Origin: Bdellovibrionales bacterium
Lineage (GTDB): Bacteria; Bdellovibrionota; Bdellovibrionia; Bdellovibrionales; Bdellovibrionaceae
Assembly: GCA_031370005.1 (NCBI GenBank)
Contig: JANMPT010000097.1
Location: 32,001 to 96,000, forward strand
Reading direction: 5' to 3'
Length of the DNA: 64,000 nt
Both the position numbers and the translations under genes were made by a program. Numbering within the stretch: the first letter of the stretch is position 1; each line of letters begins with the position of its first letter. Positions 45,240 through 55,847 of this stretch are shown here, piece by piece. A model generated the notes under the pieces. The model had not been told where the DNA came from, ran no database searches, and saw nothing but the letters and a program-made list of their open reading frames with translations.

Positions 45240-46618
45240 AATATTTTTAATATCAAACCGAATATCTGCAAAAGCATTCCCAAAATAATGAATCCAGGTG
45301 CATACCAACGAAGCACCCACTTCCAGTGCGGATACATTGAGTAACTTACAAAACGATCCTTAGCGATAAACTGAGTTTCTTTTTCTTTTTCAGTCATTCC
45401 CCAATTTATACTAATCAAAAGTCCAAGCGCAATCACTGGCAAAATCCAATTGATTAAAATTGAATCCATTAGCTCCATTAGCCCTTTGCCAAAAAACCGA
45501 ACATCACGAAAAACAGAACTAGAAAACGCTGGAAGCATCGCCAGCACCAAGGCAAAGGCACCAGTTATCCACGAGGCCTTGCTACGATTGATCCGTTTTT
45601 TTTGACTGCTATCCACCAAATTAGAAACGATTGTTTCCATTAAACCAATACTGGCATTTAGTGCTGCTAAATAAAGACTGCTAAAGAATAACAAACCAAA
45701 GAGAAGTCCTCCACGAAAACCCAGAAAAAAGCGCGGCAAAGTCTCAAATAACAGAGCGGGATCTGTTAAAGGCACATTTGAAGCCTGGAAGGCGATTGGA
45801 AAGACCAACAAAACTGCTACCAATGAAATTACCGTATCAACCAGGGTCACACGAAATCCGGCTGTTGGAACATGGTCTTCCTCTCGCATATAACTACCGA
45901 AAGTCACGAGGGTTCCAAATCCCACTGAAAGCGTAAAGAAAATATGCCCCATAGCATGGTTGAGTGAAGCATATGTCAGTTTTGAAAAATCAGGGTAAAA
46001 AAGAAACCTCAAAACCTCGGTCTCTGACGGCAAGGATGTCGAGCGAAGTACCAACAAAAATACTAGCGTCACAAAAAGAGGCATCATGTAACTGATGAAC
46101 TTCTCAAGCCCCTCTTGAACTCCCTTTGCAACGATTACGATAGTGAGCAAAACATGAACACTGGCTAGGGCCCACTGAAGCCAACCATTTTGCATCAGTG
46201 TTGCAAGTGATGCCGCCGAGTGATGAACATCTGTGGGAATTAAAACTTCGATTAAGAACCGACTGAGAAAATGCAGCACCCAACCACTAATCACAGCATA
46301 ATAGGAAAAGACAACAAGGCTTAAAAGGACTGAAAATCTGCCGGCCCAAATAAAATTTTTATGACCTGTATTTTGCGCAAGCATTTGCGTCGCCATCAAA
46401 ACACTCTGGCGAGTGGACTTACCTAGGCTCAACTCAGCAATCAATAAAGGAAGCCCCACAGTGAGTGCCATAAAAACATAAAGTAAAACGAAGGCTCCTC
46501 CTCCATTTTCTCCTACAACATAGGGAAAACGCCAGAGGTTTCCTAGGCCACAGGCTGAACCAATTGCTAGAAGATAAAATCCAAAACGCGTTCGCCACGC
46601 TCCACGCTTTATCGACAT
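45236..46618 (-). CDS. Sodium-dependent (NSS/SNF family) transporter
   Basis: GSACGLGNLWRFPY..GENGGGAF, FFTLSVG, TFGSY. ATG 46618 overlaps the der stop. Confidence 0.93.
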   Translation of the reverse strand: MSIKRGAWRTRFGFYLLAIGSACGLGNLWRFPYVVGENGGGAFVLLYVFMALTVGLPLLIAELSLGKSTRQSVLMATQMLAQNTGHKNFIWAGRFSVLLSLVVFSYYAVISGWVLHFLSRFLIEVLIPTDVHHSAASLATLMQNGWLQWALASVHVLLTIVIVAKGVQEGLEKFISYMMPLFVTLVFLLVLRSTSLPSETEVLRFLFYPDFSKLTYASLNHAMGHIFFTLSVGFGTLVTFGSYMREEDHVPTAGFRVTLVDTVISLVAVLLVFPIAFQASNVPLTDPALLFETLPRFFLGFRGGLLFGLLFFSSLYLAALNASIGLMETIVSNLVDSSQKKRINRSKASWITGAFALVLAMLPAFSSSVFRDVRFFGKGLMELMDSILINWILPVIALGLLISINWGMTEKEKETQFIAKDRFVSYSMYPHWKWVLRWYAPGFIILGMLLQIFGLILKIF

Positions 46619-47979
46619 CAAGCGCCCTTGCGACTCTTCATACAGAAAATGCGAATGGGAATCCCTTGAAGCCCCCACTTTGCTTTTATATTTTTAATCA
46701 AGAAACGACGATAAGCCGTCGTCACCCCTTCTGGATGATTTGCAAAAGCAATGAACGCAGGGGGTTTTTGGTAAGTTTGTGTTAAATAATAGAATTTCAC
46801 GTTATTATTACCATGAACTGGAGCCGGAGCCTTACGAATGGTATCAAAAAAGAAATTGTTTAAATCAGAAGTTGAAATCCTCATACTCAGCTGAGCAGAA
46901 ACCTTATCAATCATCTGAAAAAGGTCATTTAAACCATGGTTCATCTTTGCACTGGTGAAAACAACTGGTACATCGTCATAGAAGTGAAATGTTCTGGCCA
47001 CTTGCTCACGAAAAGTCTTTCTATATTCAGGAACATCCTTTTGCCCAAGATCAGACTTGTTTGCGACTAAGATCACGCCCCTATGATCATCAAGGATAGC
47101 TTGCATAATCTTCGCATCTTGCTCAGTTGGCCCAATAGTACCATCAACAACCAGCAAGACGATCTCAGATCGTCGAATTGCCTCTTTTGACTTAAATGCC
47201 GAAATAATCTCAAGGTCTTCTTCGCGACGAGAGGAGCGGCGCAGCCCTGCCGTATCAACAAGAATATATTTCTTGTTGTTTGCATAGAAAGGACATTCAA
47301 CGGAGTCAATAGTGGTTCCAGCGATATCAGAAACCAACATCCGGTTTGATCCTAAGATCGCATTGCTTAACGAGCTTTTTCCAACATTAGGTTTGCCCAC
47401 GATAGCAATTTTGACACCATCGGTAATTATATCACTACGATCGGGAATTTGTTTTGTAATCCACTCAAGAATATCAGAAAGCCCTCTTCGTTGCTCAAAA
47501 GAAGCGGCAACAATATCCACACCAAACTCGTAAAAATCAGCTTTAGAAATTTCTTCTTCTGCAACTTTGTCTACCTTATTGATGACAAGCAAAAATGGTT
47601 TTCCCATTTGCTTTGCAATCTTAATAATATCACGGTCTTCTGGCAAAAGTCCTGCTCGACCATCCATAACCGCCACTATAAAATCAACACTGAGTAAAAA
47701 TTCAGAAACTTGTTCCTTAATTAATTTAGAAAATAAATCCCCTGCTTCAGTGATACCGCCAGTATCGATCAAATCAAACTGTTTACCCCAAATATCAACT
47801 GGCTCAATAATAATATCTCGAGTCACACCCGCATGATCTTTAACCACCGCTTTACGTGTCTCAGTAACGATATTAAAAAGCGTCGACTTGCCCACATTGG
47901 GGCGACCAATGATTGCAACCTTCGGAACATCCGTCATCGAGGCAGCAACATCGTCACTCTTCATTGTTGTCTCTGACAT
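46618..47979 (-). CDS. der: Ribosome biogenesis GTPase Der
   Basis: Two G domains (GRPNVGKST, DTGG, NKVD; GKPNVGKSS, DTAG, NKSD) and a KH-like C-terminus. Confidence 0.97.
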   Translation of the reverse strand: MSETTMKSDDVAASMTDVPKVAIIGRPNVGKSTLFNIVTETRKAVVKDHAGVTRDIIIEPVDIWGKQFDLIDTGGITEAGDLFSKLIKEQVSEFLLSVDFIVAVMDGRAGLLPEDRDIIKIAKQMGKPFLLVINKVDKVAEEEISKADFYEFGVDIVAASFEQRRGLSDILEWITKQIPDRSDIITDGVKIAIVGKPNVGKSSLSNAILGSNRMLVSDIAGTTIDSVECPFYANNKKYILVDTAGLRRSSRREEDLEIISAFKSKEAIRRSEIVLLVVDGTIGPTEQDAKIMQAILDDHRGVILVANKSDLGQKDVPEYRKTFREQVARTFHFYDDVPVVFTSAKMNHGLNDLFQMIDKVSAQLSMRISTSDLNNFFFDTIRKAPAPVHGNNNVKFYYLTQTYQKPPAFIAFANHPEGVTTAYRRFLIKNIKAKWGLQGIPIRIFCMKSRKGA

Positions 47980-48868
47980 ATCCCAACTCCTGCATGATTC
48001 GCTTATTGTTAAACCAATCAGCTTTAAAATTTACAATTAAATCTAAAAAAACTTTTTCACCAACAAGAGTTTCAATCTCTTTACGTGCAGACGCGCCAAT
48101 CTCTTTTAGATTAGAAGCACTTTTACCAATTACAATGGCTTTGTGATTCTCTTTTGCTACCAAAATCTCGGCATAGATTTTTGGACAAGGACTCGCGTTC
48201 TCGTCAAATTTTAAAATACGTACCGCCATACTAAATGGGATCTCTTGATGTACAAATTCAAAGCACTTCTCACGAATAACCTCTGCAACAAGGTCGCGAG
48301 TGTTGTGTGGAGTAAAAAGATCAATATCATAAAGTGGAGCCGGGCTCTCCGGAAGTAGAGATAAAAACTCGCGTAAAAGCAATTCTCTATTCTCAGGATC
48401 AGACTCCATTTCTTTTGCTGATACTAAGAAGGATTTTCCGCCAGCTTCTTCAATCATTTTTTTAAGGATCATAATACGATGTTGTTTTTCAATAAGATCT
48501 GACTTTGTAATTACACCGGCCCATGGCTTATGGCTACCGGAAACCATTTTAATTACTTTCTCAGCATCCTCGGCATTTTTTTCATCAAGACTGATAATTG
48601 CCAAGATAGCATCGGACTGACCAATAACATCTTCAGCTTCTTTAGATAAAAATCCGTTAAGACCCTTGTCTGCATTAATTAAACCTGGCGCATCAACGAA
48701 AACTATCTGACCATTGTCTACGCTCCACACTCCCAAAACTCTACGACGAGTTGTTTGTGGCTTATCTGTAACAATCGAAACCTTCTCGCTAACAAGATAA
48801 TTCATGAGCGTGCTTTTTCCCGCGTTAGGTTGGCCAATAAGCCCTAAAAATCCTGCTTTATAGCTCAT
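47954..48868 (-). CDS. era: GTPase Era
   Basis: GQPNAGKSTL, KPQTTR, DAPG, IREK, EIPFS, IVIGK. Confidence 0.96.
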   Translation of the reverse strand: MSYKAGFLGLIGQPNAGKSTLMNYLVSEKVSIVTDKPQTTRRRVLGVWSVDNGQIVFVDAPGLINADKGLNGFLSKEAEDVIGQSDAILAIISLDEKNAEDAEKVIKMVSGSHKPWAGVITKSDLIEKQHRIMILKKMIEEAGGKSFLVSAKEMESDPENRELLLREFLSLLPESPAPLYDIDLFTPHNTRDLVAEVIREKCFEFVHQEIPFSMAVRILKFDENASPCPKIYAEILVAKENHKAIVIGKSASNLKEIGASARKEIETLVGEKVFLDLIVNFKADWFNNKRIMQELGYVRDNNEE

Positions 48869-49557
48869 GAAATTTTCTCCTTTGATAATATATCGAGACC
48901 CTTTTTTGCCGCAACTTGTTCGGCAATTTTTTTACTCCGTCCCGTCCCAACTGCTAAGTTCACTTCTTTTACTCGAACGCAAACAGTGAAAGCCCTATCA
49001 TGTGGAGGCCCTTCTTCACTGATTAACTCATAAACGGGAGCTTCTTTAGTTTCTTTCTGCATTACTTCTTGAAGACGCGTTTTATAATCACGCTCGAAAT
49101 CCTGAGTTGGGTCTAGATTTTCGATAAGATTCAAATAGTTTCTTCGCACAAAAGAACGAACAACTTCGTATCCACCGTCCAAGAACATCGCGCCTAGCAA
49201 AGCTTCAAAAGCAGAAGCCAGGATTCTTGGTTTTTGAGCTCCTCTTGTAATGGTTTCACCTTTTCCTAGATAAATATTTTTTGGCAATTCCAAGTCAGTT
49301 GCAAGATTGGCAAGAACCTCTTCGTTCACAAGACTTGCTCGCTTCTTAGAAAGCCCTCCCTCTCCATCTCCGGGGAAAAGCTCCATCAAATATTCACCTA
49401 AAATTAAATCTAAGACGGCATCGCCAAGAAATTCGAGTTTTTCATTATGCTCTCCTCTTTCACGGAGTTCATGGGCAAAACTCTTATGTGTCAAAGCACG
49501 AGTCAATAAATCTCTATTTTTAAATTGAAATTGAATTTTTGTTTCTAAATTAGTCAA
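48865..49557 (-). CDS. rnc: Ribonuclease III
   Basis: ALTHKS, NEKLEFLGDAVL, FEALLGA, dsRBD DYKTRLQE..GPPH..GRSKKIAEQ. Confidence 0.97.
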   Translation of the reverse strand: MTNLETKIQFQFKNRDLLTRALTHKSFAHELRERGEHNEKLEFLGDAVLDLILGEYLMELFPGDGEGGLSKKRASLVNEEVLANLATDLELPKNIYLGKGETITRGAQKPRILASAFEALLGAMFLDGGYEVVRSFVRRNYLNLIENLDPTQDFERDYKTRLQEVMQKETKEAPVYELISEEGPPHDRAFTVCVRVKEVNLAVGTGRSKKIAEQVAAKKGLDILSKEKIS

Positions 49558-50903
49558 GTGAGAATCTCCCCTACTAAATGACCTTCCATGCGATTTTTTG
49601 AAGTGTGATCATACTTGAGAATTTTCACCATGACTTCCTGTCCAGACCAGTGACTGATAAAATCATCTGCTCCTAAAATTTCGACATTCCAATAATCTCT
49701 ACTTAAGGAATGTCCGCCTTTTGCTCCATTTTTTAATACTAAAACTTTTTTCTGAGTTCCGACCTGCTCTTTGCCTTGAGTCTCAAAACGATGTAAACTT
49801 AGCTCACGTAAACGCAAAGTTCGTTGCTGACGATCTTGAGCTTGCACACGTACATCATATGCCACAGCGCGAGTCCCAGGGCGTTCACTATAAGGAAAAA
49901 CATGAATTTTTGTCCACGGGAGCTCTTTAAGAGTAAAATAAGTGTCTTCGAATTGTTCCAGAGTTTCCGTCGGAAAGCCTGCAATTACATCCATTCCAAC
50001 AAATGCATTTTTCACGCGTTTGTGAATTTGATTAAGAGCATGTGCAACATCAGCTTGGGTGTACTTCCTTTTCATCTGATCTAAAACGTTTGTATTTGCA
50101 CTCTGAATACTCATGTGAAAATGAGGACACATCTTGTCATTTTGATAGATATCTAAAAGTCGTTCGCCAAGTTCAATAGGCTCAAGAGATGAAAGTCTAA
50201 AACGAGGCATTTTTGTTTTTATTAATAAGGATTCTAACAGATCTTCTATTACTAGCTTTTTACCCTTGCACTCATCCTCATAGTCACCGATATGAACACC
50301 AGTTAGAACACACTCACTGATTCCGTCAGAATAAAGTTCATTCACACGAGCTACAAGGTCTGCTACTGGAATGCTTCGCGATTTCCCGCGAGCATATGGA
50401 ATAATACAATACGTACAGAAACTGTTACAGCCATCTTGTATTTTTAAAAAAGACCTAGTGTGTGTTTTTTCAACTCCACCACCGATTTCGAGGTCTTCTT
50501 TTTTAAAAATATTTGACTTAAACACCTTTTCAGTAAGATCGCCTTTAAAGTATTTATCCAGCAGTTGGGGCAACTGACTTTTGTGAGAATTTGCAATTAC
50601 AAGATCAACTCCAGGAAGATTCTCAAAAGATCCTGTATCCACTTGTGCTGCACAGCCTGTCACTACAACTGTGCAAAATGGATCTCGAACCTTCAAACGA
50701 CGAATGTAGCGAACTGCTTCTTTGGTCGCTTCTGCTGTTACAGCACAGGTATTAAGAACATGAATGCGAGAATCATCTTCATTCCTATATATAAAGCCAT
50801 TACTTTGAAGATTTTTTTGCAAGAGTCCCGTATCGTAAGTATTTACCTTGCAACCGAATGTATGAACTTTGAATTTAATGGAGTGCTCTAAAGTATTATC
50901 CAT
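49554..50903 (-). CDS. mtaB: tRNA t6A37 methylthiotransferase
   Basis: [58 protein letters not shown]. Confidence 0.93.
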   Translation of the reverse strand: MDNTLEHSIKFKVHTFGCKVNTYDTGLLQKNLQSNGFIYRNEDDSRIHVLNTCAVTAEATKEAVRYIRRLKVRDPFCTVVVTGCAAQVDTGSFENLPGVDLVIANSHKSQLPQLLDKYFKGDLTEKVFKSNIFKKEDLEIGGGVEKTHTRSFLKIQDGCNSFCTYCIIPYARGKSRSIPVADLVARVNELYSDGISECVLTGVHIGDYEDECKGKKLVIEDLLESLLIKTKMPRFRLSSLEPIELGERLLDIYQNDKMCPHFHMSIQSANTNVLDQMKRKYTQADVAHALNQIHKRVKNAFVGMDVIAGFPTETLEQFEDTYFTLKELPWTKIHVFPYSERPGTRAVAYDVRVQAQDRQQRTLRLRELSLHRFETQGKEQVGTQKKVLVLKNGAKGGHSLSRDYWNVEILGADDFISHWSGQEVMVKILKYDHTSKNRMEGHLVGEILT

Positions 50904-51970
50904 CCCCCCCCCACTAATTCTTTTTCACGATAAAATACGGCAGCCTGGCCTGGAGTCACTGCACGTTGAGGCTCCTTGAATTTCACCGTAAAACCTTTTT
51001 CATTTTTGAAAATCTGCGCTGGATATCCTTTCGTCGAATACCGAATTTTCACATTCATAAGTTCACCATCTTCGACCTCAGATAATAATCTTGCATCCAC
51101 TACAGTGACTTCGCTGGAGTAAAGGTGTCGTTCATCACCGATCCAAACTGTGTTGTTTTGAACTTCAATTTTTAAAACAAACATTTTCTCATGATGATCC
51201 AAGCCAAGGCCTTTGCTTTGACCAATAGTAAAGGTATGGATTCCTTGATGACTTCCCATAATCTCGCCATCTGGATAGCGTTTTAACAAACCTTTTTTAG
51301 TTTCAAGAATACTTTTATCCACTTGTGAATTTATAAAGCTATCATAACCCTGATTACCAACAAAACAGATCCCGACGGAGTCTTTTTTACGCGCGTTTAC
51401 AAGCCCTACTTTTTCTGCATAGGAACGAACTTCTGACTTTTTCATATGACCAATAGGGAATAAAAGTTTTGAAATAATTTCGGGGTCAATTGTGAATAAA
51501 AAGTAAGTTTGATCTTTCCAATCATCTGTACTGGTCTCAATGCGAGCGCGACCTTGATCATCTTTTACGATCTGTGCATAGTGACCCGTCGCCAAGTAAT
51601 CACAATCTAGCTCTTTCATTTTTCTGACTAGATGATCAAACTTCAAATACGTATTACAGTTGACACAAGGAAGTGGTGTTTGACCATTCAAGTATGCCTT
51701 TAAGAATGGATCAATCACAGCAGCACGAAACTTTGCTTCACAATTTAAAACATAAAATGGAATACCAAGGCGATCCGCCACATCACGTGCATCGTCTACA
51801 TCAATACTTGAGCAACAGGTCCCATGTCCCTCTTCAAGATCGCACGACGTATAATCCCATACTTGCATAGTGGCACCAACCACATCATAACCTTGTTCAA
51901 CTAATAAGGCGGCGGCGGCAGAGCTATCTACCCCACCACTCATCGCTACGAGGACTCGACCTTTAGACAT
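50888..51970 (-). CDS. mnmA: tRNA 2-thiouridine synthase
   Basis: [44 protein letters not shown]. Confidence 0.97.
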   Translation of the reverse strand: MSKGRVLVAMSGGVDSSAAAALLVEQGYDVVGATMQVWDYTSCDLEEGHGTCCSSIDVDDARDVADRLGIPFYVLNCEAKFRAAVIDPFLKAYLNGQTPLPCVNCNTYLKFDHLVRKMKELDCDYLATGHYAQIVKDDQGRARIETSTDDWKDQTYFLFTIDPEIISKLLFPIGHMKKSEVRSYAEKVGLVNARKKDSVGICFVGNQGYDSFINSQVDKSILETKKGLLKRYPDGEIMGSHQGIHTFTIGQSKGLGLDHHEKMFVLKIEVQNNTVWIGDERHLYSSEVTVVDARLLSEVEDGELMNVKIRYSTKGYPAQIFKNEKGFTVKFKEPQRAVTPGQAAVFYREKELVGGGWIIL

Positions 51971-53183
51971 TTCTACTCACCTCTGACCCGGTCTCTATAG
52001 AGCGGAGTCTCTCTACAACTGACTTTAATGTTTCTACAAATTCGTCAACTTGTCCTTGGGTATTTGACCACCCAAGGCTGAGGCGTAAACTGCTCTGAGC
52101 CTCGTCGCGACTCAGCCCCATTGCGAGCAATACGGGGCTTGGTTCTGGATTCCCACTGCTACAGGCTGCACCTGTGCTTACTGCATAACCTTTAATATCA
52201 AGACTCATTAACAAAGTCTCGCCGTCCACGCCATCAATGACGAGACTTGAAGTATTTGATAGACGAGCCGTTTCGACCGCAGTGATTGCAACCCCTCTGA
52301 TCTCCCCAAGAATCCGTTTTTCCATATAATCACGAAGATTTTCAATCTCTCTAGCACGATGTTCTACCTTTGAAAGCTTCTCAGACATGACCCCTAGGCA
52401 AGCAATTCCAAGAACATTTTCAGTCCCACCACGGCGATGTCGTTCTTGTCCGCCACCATGAATCAACGACGTAAAATAAGCATTCTTCCTAGCGAAAAAA
52501 AAACCGACACCTTTAATTGAGTAAAACTTGTGACCAGAAAAAGATGCGAAATCCACATCTAGTTCTGCAAGATTCACTGGTATTTTCCCAAAAGCCTGAA
52601 CTGAATCCGTGTGAAAAAGCGCGCCTTGAGCGTGAGCCATCTTAGCCATTTTCTGAATAGGAAAAATGGTGCCAGTTTCATTATTAGCATACATCACAGA
52701 AACCAAAGCAGTCTCTGCGCACAAGTGCTCTTGGTAAAACTCAAGATCAATTTCACCCTTACGATTCACAGGAATATAATCCACACGTGCGCCCAAAGAC
52801 TTCAAGTGAGCCATGGTTTTGATCACGCTGGGATGCTCAACCTCAGAACACATATAGTGCTCACGATAAATATGCTCAGGTTTTGTCGTCCGAAGGACTT
52901 GATAATAATCAAAAAGACCCTTGATAATAGTGTTATTCGACTCAGAACCACCAGAGGTAAAAACAATTTCCAAAGGACTACAAACTAGATTTTTTGCAAG
53001 ACTTTGACGAGTATCGCGAAGGATATTTTTAGGCTGTCGACCTGCCCAGTGTATCGAACTAGGATTTCCCCAAGCTTGCAAAAAAATCGGAACCGCTTGA
53101 ATCACATCTTCACTCACGGGAGTCGTGGCATTATGATCAAAATAATTCGATTTTAGTGAATAATAATTACGAATATCACCCAT
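51963..53183 (-). CDS. iscS: IscS/NifS-type cysteine desulfurase
   Basis: [50 protein letters not shown]. Exact start uncertain (53183 or 53225). Confidence 0.93.
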   Translation of the reverse strand: MGDIRNYYSLKSNYFDHNATTPVSEDVIQAVPIFLQAWGNPSSIHWAGRQPKNILRDTRQSLAKNLVCSPLEIVFTSGGSESNNTIIKGLFDYYQVLRTTKPEHIYREHYMCSEVEHPSVIKTMAHLKSLGARVDYIPVNRKGEIDLEFYQEHLCAETALVSVMYANNETGTIFPIQKMAKMAHAQGALFHTDSVQAFGKIPVNLAELDVDFASFSGHKFYSIKGVGFFFARKNAYFTSLIHGGGQERHRRGGTENVLGIACLGVMSEKLSKVEHRAREIENLRDYMEKRILGEIRGVAITAVETARLSNTSSLVIDGVDGETLLMSLDIKGYAVSTGAACSSGNPEPSPVLLAMGLSRDEAQSSLRLSLGWSNTQGQVDEFVETLKSVVERLRSIETGSEVSRNV

Positions 53184-53376
53184 AGAGTGCCGCACCTTAT
53201 CACAAGGTAAAATTCCTGAAAACATTTAAGATACTAATAATTTACAGCAAGTGTAATTAACTCTAGCAAGCCCTTTGAGTGCCTTTTGTCTCAATTTGAG
53301 GCAGTAAAAAATACAGGCCCAAGCATTTAACAAACAAAACTAGACCCTGCAAACAGTGTCTTTAATGAAAAAGTCT

Positions 53377-53404
53377 TAAGGAAGTTACTCACTTAGACCG
53401 ATAT
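53377..53404 (+). promoter_or_regulatory. Putative sigma28 (FliA) promoter
   Basis: TAAG-N16-ACCGATAT ending 7 nt before ATG 53412. Confidence 0.55.
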
Positions 53405-53411
53405 AGTAGCT

Positions 53412-54632
53412 ATGGCAAAAGTTGATTGGCAGGAACATTTCAGGACTTCGATTAAAAATGCCGAAGGACTTTATTCTAAGGATACTACCAATATTTCCTT
53501 TTTACACTTCTGTTTACGTTCAAAAGTGATTCCAGCTGATGCTTACCTCGATTGGGCCAAAGAAAACTATCAACTTCCGGTTCTCTCTGAAAATTACTTC
53601 AAAACCCATAAGCCGCAACAAGAATTTTATAGTAAATGGCAGAAAACCTACCCTTGGTCAGCAGAATGTTTACCAATTGCAGAGTGGGATGGTGCCTTGA
53701 TTGTCGCCTGCTTACAGCTGCCAGACGACTATAAGCATACTCAGGCTGCAGTTTTTGTTCTGACCTCTCATGAAGTTTTGGATAACTCCTGGAACATTTA
53801 TCAGAAATCATCTCAGACAAGTGAAACTGATTTCATGGACATAACAAAACTTGCTGCCACACTTACCACAATTTCTGATGATACAAACTTCTTTGATGCT
53901 GATGGCAAGCTGGTCTTAGAAGATACTCCGCCGAAGGAGGAGGCCTCTGAAACTACAATTGATGAGATTGAAGATGAAGAGAACTCTCCGGATGGACTTC
54001 TTGGCGATATCTCAGAGCAAAAAATGGGACCGCGCAGTGTTGAGCCTATAACAACTGCTAAAATGGAGTTTGAGGATGAGAAAACCACCATCGATACCAA
54101 TCCTCCACTAGCTCCTGTGAAAGCAACAATGAGTACTAATAATATGGCAGCCTACTTGATCGAAAAAATTCGTAAGCAGGGCCAGGATCTATTTGATAAA
54201 GAGGTTTTAGCTAGCCTTCAGTTACTAAAAACCTTCTTTAAAAAGTCAATGCTTCTTGCTATTGGCGACAAGGATCAACTGATTAAACCTATTCTTTGGG
54301 ATAATAGTTTTAATATTCAAAAACCACAAACTACAGAGTTCAATTTGAAAGCTCCGAGTATTTTCAAAATCGTGAGTAATACACAGAAACCCTACCATGG
54401 CTTTGTAGTTTTAAATGATATAAATGAAGCATTCTTTGAATCTTGGAGCCAAGGCCAAATCCCCAATCACGTGACCATTGTTCCTGTTTTGGATGGGGAT
54501 TTATTAGTGGGCATGTTGATGGGTTTTGGCGAAAAATCAAGCTACAATAAAAATGTTCTGCAATTCACCGAAAATGTTGCAAAAGAGCTTTCACAAAAAA
54601 TATTTAAAAACTCAAACACAAAAGCAGCTTAA
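53412..54632 (+). CDS. Hypothetical protein: GspE/PilB-N-like domain, acidic linker, GAF-like C-terminal region
   Basis: YLDWAKENYQLPVL..CLPIAEWDGALIVAC resembles T2SSE_N; E/D-rich linker; SIFKIV..PYHG..VTIVPV..LVGMLMG resembles GAF. Domain calls are by eye. Confidence 0.55.
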   Translation: MAKVDWQEHFRTSIKNAEGLYSKDTTNISFLHFCLRSKVIPADAYLDWAKENYQLPVLSENYFKTHKPQQEFYSKWQKTYPWSAECLPIAEWDGALIVACLQLPDDYKHTQAAVFVLTSHEVLDNSWNIYQKSSQTSETDFMDITKLAATLTTISDDTNFFDADGKLVLEDTPPKEEASETTIDEIEDEENSPDGLLGDISEQKMGPRSVEPITTAKMEFEDEKTTIDTNPPLAPVKATMSTNNMAAYLIEKIRKQGQDLFDKEVLASLQLLKTFFKKSMLLAIGDKDQLIKPILWDNSFNIQKPQTTEFNLKAPSIFKIVSNTQKPYHGFVVLNDINEAFFESWSQGQIPNHVTIVPVLDGDLLVGMLMGFGEKSSYNKNVLQFTENVAKELSQKIFKNSNTKAA

Positions 54633-55081
54633 GCTTCAATGAGCACTGTGATTTGGCGCTCATTGGGATTCGCTAATTTTTCAATTTGTATCTTTATTTT
54701 CTGCCAATTCAAGGGTAACAAGTCCTGATTTAAACGATCTGCCCATTCAATAACGATTAGGCCTTTTTTAACTCCAAAAAGATCCCAAAATCCAGTGCTC
54801 TCTAAATCGTCTTCGCTTTCTAAACGATATATATCAACGTGGTCCATAATAACATCTCTATTTTGATAGTGATGATGAATTGCAAAAGATGGCGAAGCCG
54901 TTTCCAGAATGCCGAGACTATGTGCGAGAACCTTTACAAACTCGGTCTTGCCCGCCCCCACAGATCCTTCAAGAAGCAAGAGTGTGCGCTCTTTAAAAAG
55001 CTTAAGAATAATAAGAACTACAGGTTCAAGATCCTTAGGGGAAGTTGTTTTAAATTGCTTAAAGACTATAAAATCATTCAC
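54629..55081 (-). CDS. tsaE: t6A biosynthesis ATPase
   Basis: GSVGAGKT, SPSFAI, HVDIYRL, IEWAD. Confidence 0.93.
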   Translation of the reverse strand: MNDFIVFKQFKTTSPKDLEPVVLIILKLFKERTLLLLEGSVGAGKTEFVKVLAHSLGILETASPSFAIHHHYQNRDVIMDHVDIYRLESEDDLESTGFWDLFGVKKGLIVIEWADRLNQDLLPLNWQKIKIQIEKLANPNERQITVLIEA

Positions 55082-55085
55082 AAGA

Positions 55086-55817
55086 CTAAGATCCTTTAAG
55101 GATTTTTTTCATTCTGCGGACAGAATTCTCTAAACCGTCCTCCAAAGCATAGCAGATCAAAGAATGACCAATGTTTACCTCACGAAGAAAAGGTATTTCT
55201 TTAATCAAGTGAGCATGATGGTAATCCAAACCATGCCCTGCATGCACGCCTAAGCCATATGCATGAGCCAGATGAGCCGCATTTATGAGTCGCTCCCACT
55301 CTTTTTTCTTTTTAGAGCCATTTAATAAAACCCAGCTTCCAGTGTGAAACTCAACAGCATCTGCACCGATCTCATAACTTGCTTCTACTTGTTCAAGTGA
55401 TGGTTCAATAAACATCGAGATTTCAATGCCACGCATCTGTAGTTTTTCAATCAAGGGCTTCATCTTACGGAAAGCTTTCACTACATTCAGTCCGCCTTCT
55501 GTGGTCAACTCAGCACGCCTTTCAGGAACAAAGCAAACCCACTCTGGCTTATATTTCTTCGCTAAGCGAACCATTTCGTCAGTGGCAGCCATTTCTAAAT
55601 TTAAAGACACAGGACACTTTTTAGAAAGTAATATGAGGTCCTGAAGCTGAATATGACGACGGTCCTCCCGCAAATGAATGGTGATTTGTTCGGCTCCACC
55701 TTTTACTGATTTTTTAACCATTTCTAAAAGATTTGGATAAGATGTTGTGCCTCCACGAATTTGACGTAAAGTTGCAACATGATCGACATTCACACCAAGA
55801 CGAATTTGATTTTTCAT
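55086..55817 (-). CDS. pdxJ: Pyridoxine 5'-phosphate synthase
   Basis: LGVNVDHVATLRQ, HLREDRRHI, VPE.R.ELTTEGG, AGHGL, NIGHS. Confidence 0.97.
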   Translation of the reverse strand: MKNQIRLGVNVDHVATLRQIRGGTTSYPNLLEMVKKSVKGGAEQITIHLREDRRHIQLQDLILLSKKCPVSLNLEMAATDEMVRLAKKYKPEWVCFVPERRAELTTEGGLNVVKAFRKMKPLIEKLQMRGIEISMFIEPSLEQVEASYEIGADAVEFHTGSWVLLNGSKKKKEWERLINAAHLAHAYGLGVHAGHGLDYHHAHLIKEIPFLREVNIGHSLICYALEDGLENSVRRMKKILKGS

Positions 55818-55847
55818 TTAAAGGACTCCCTAAGCAATTGCTACCAA

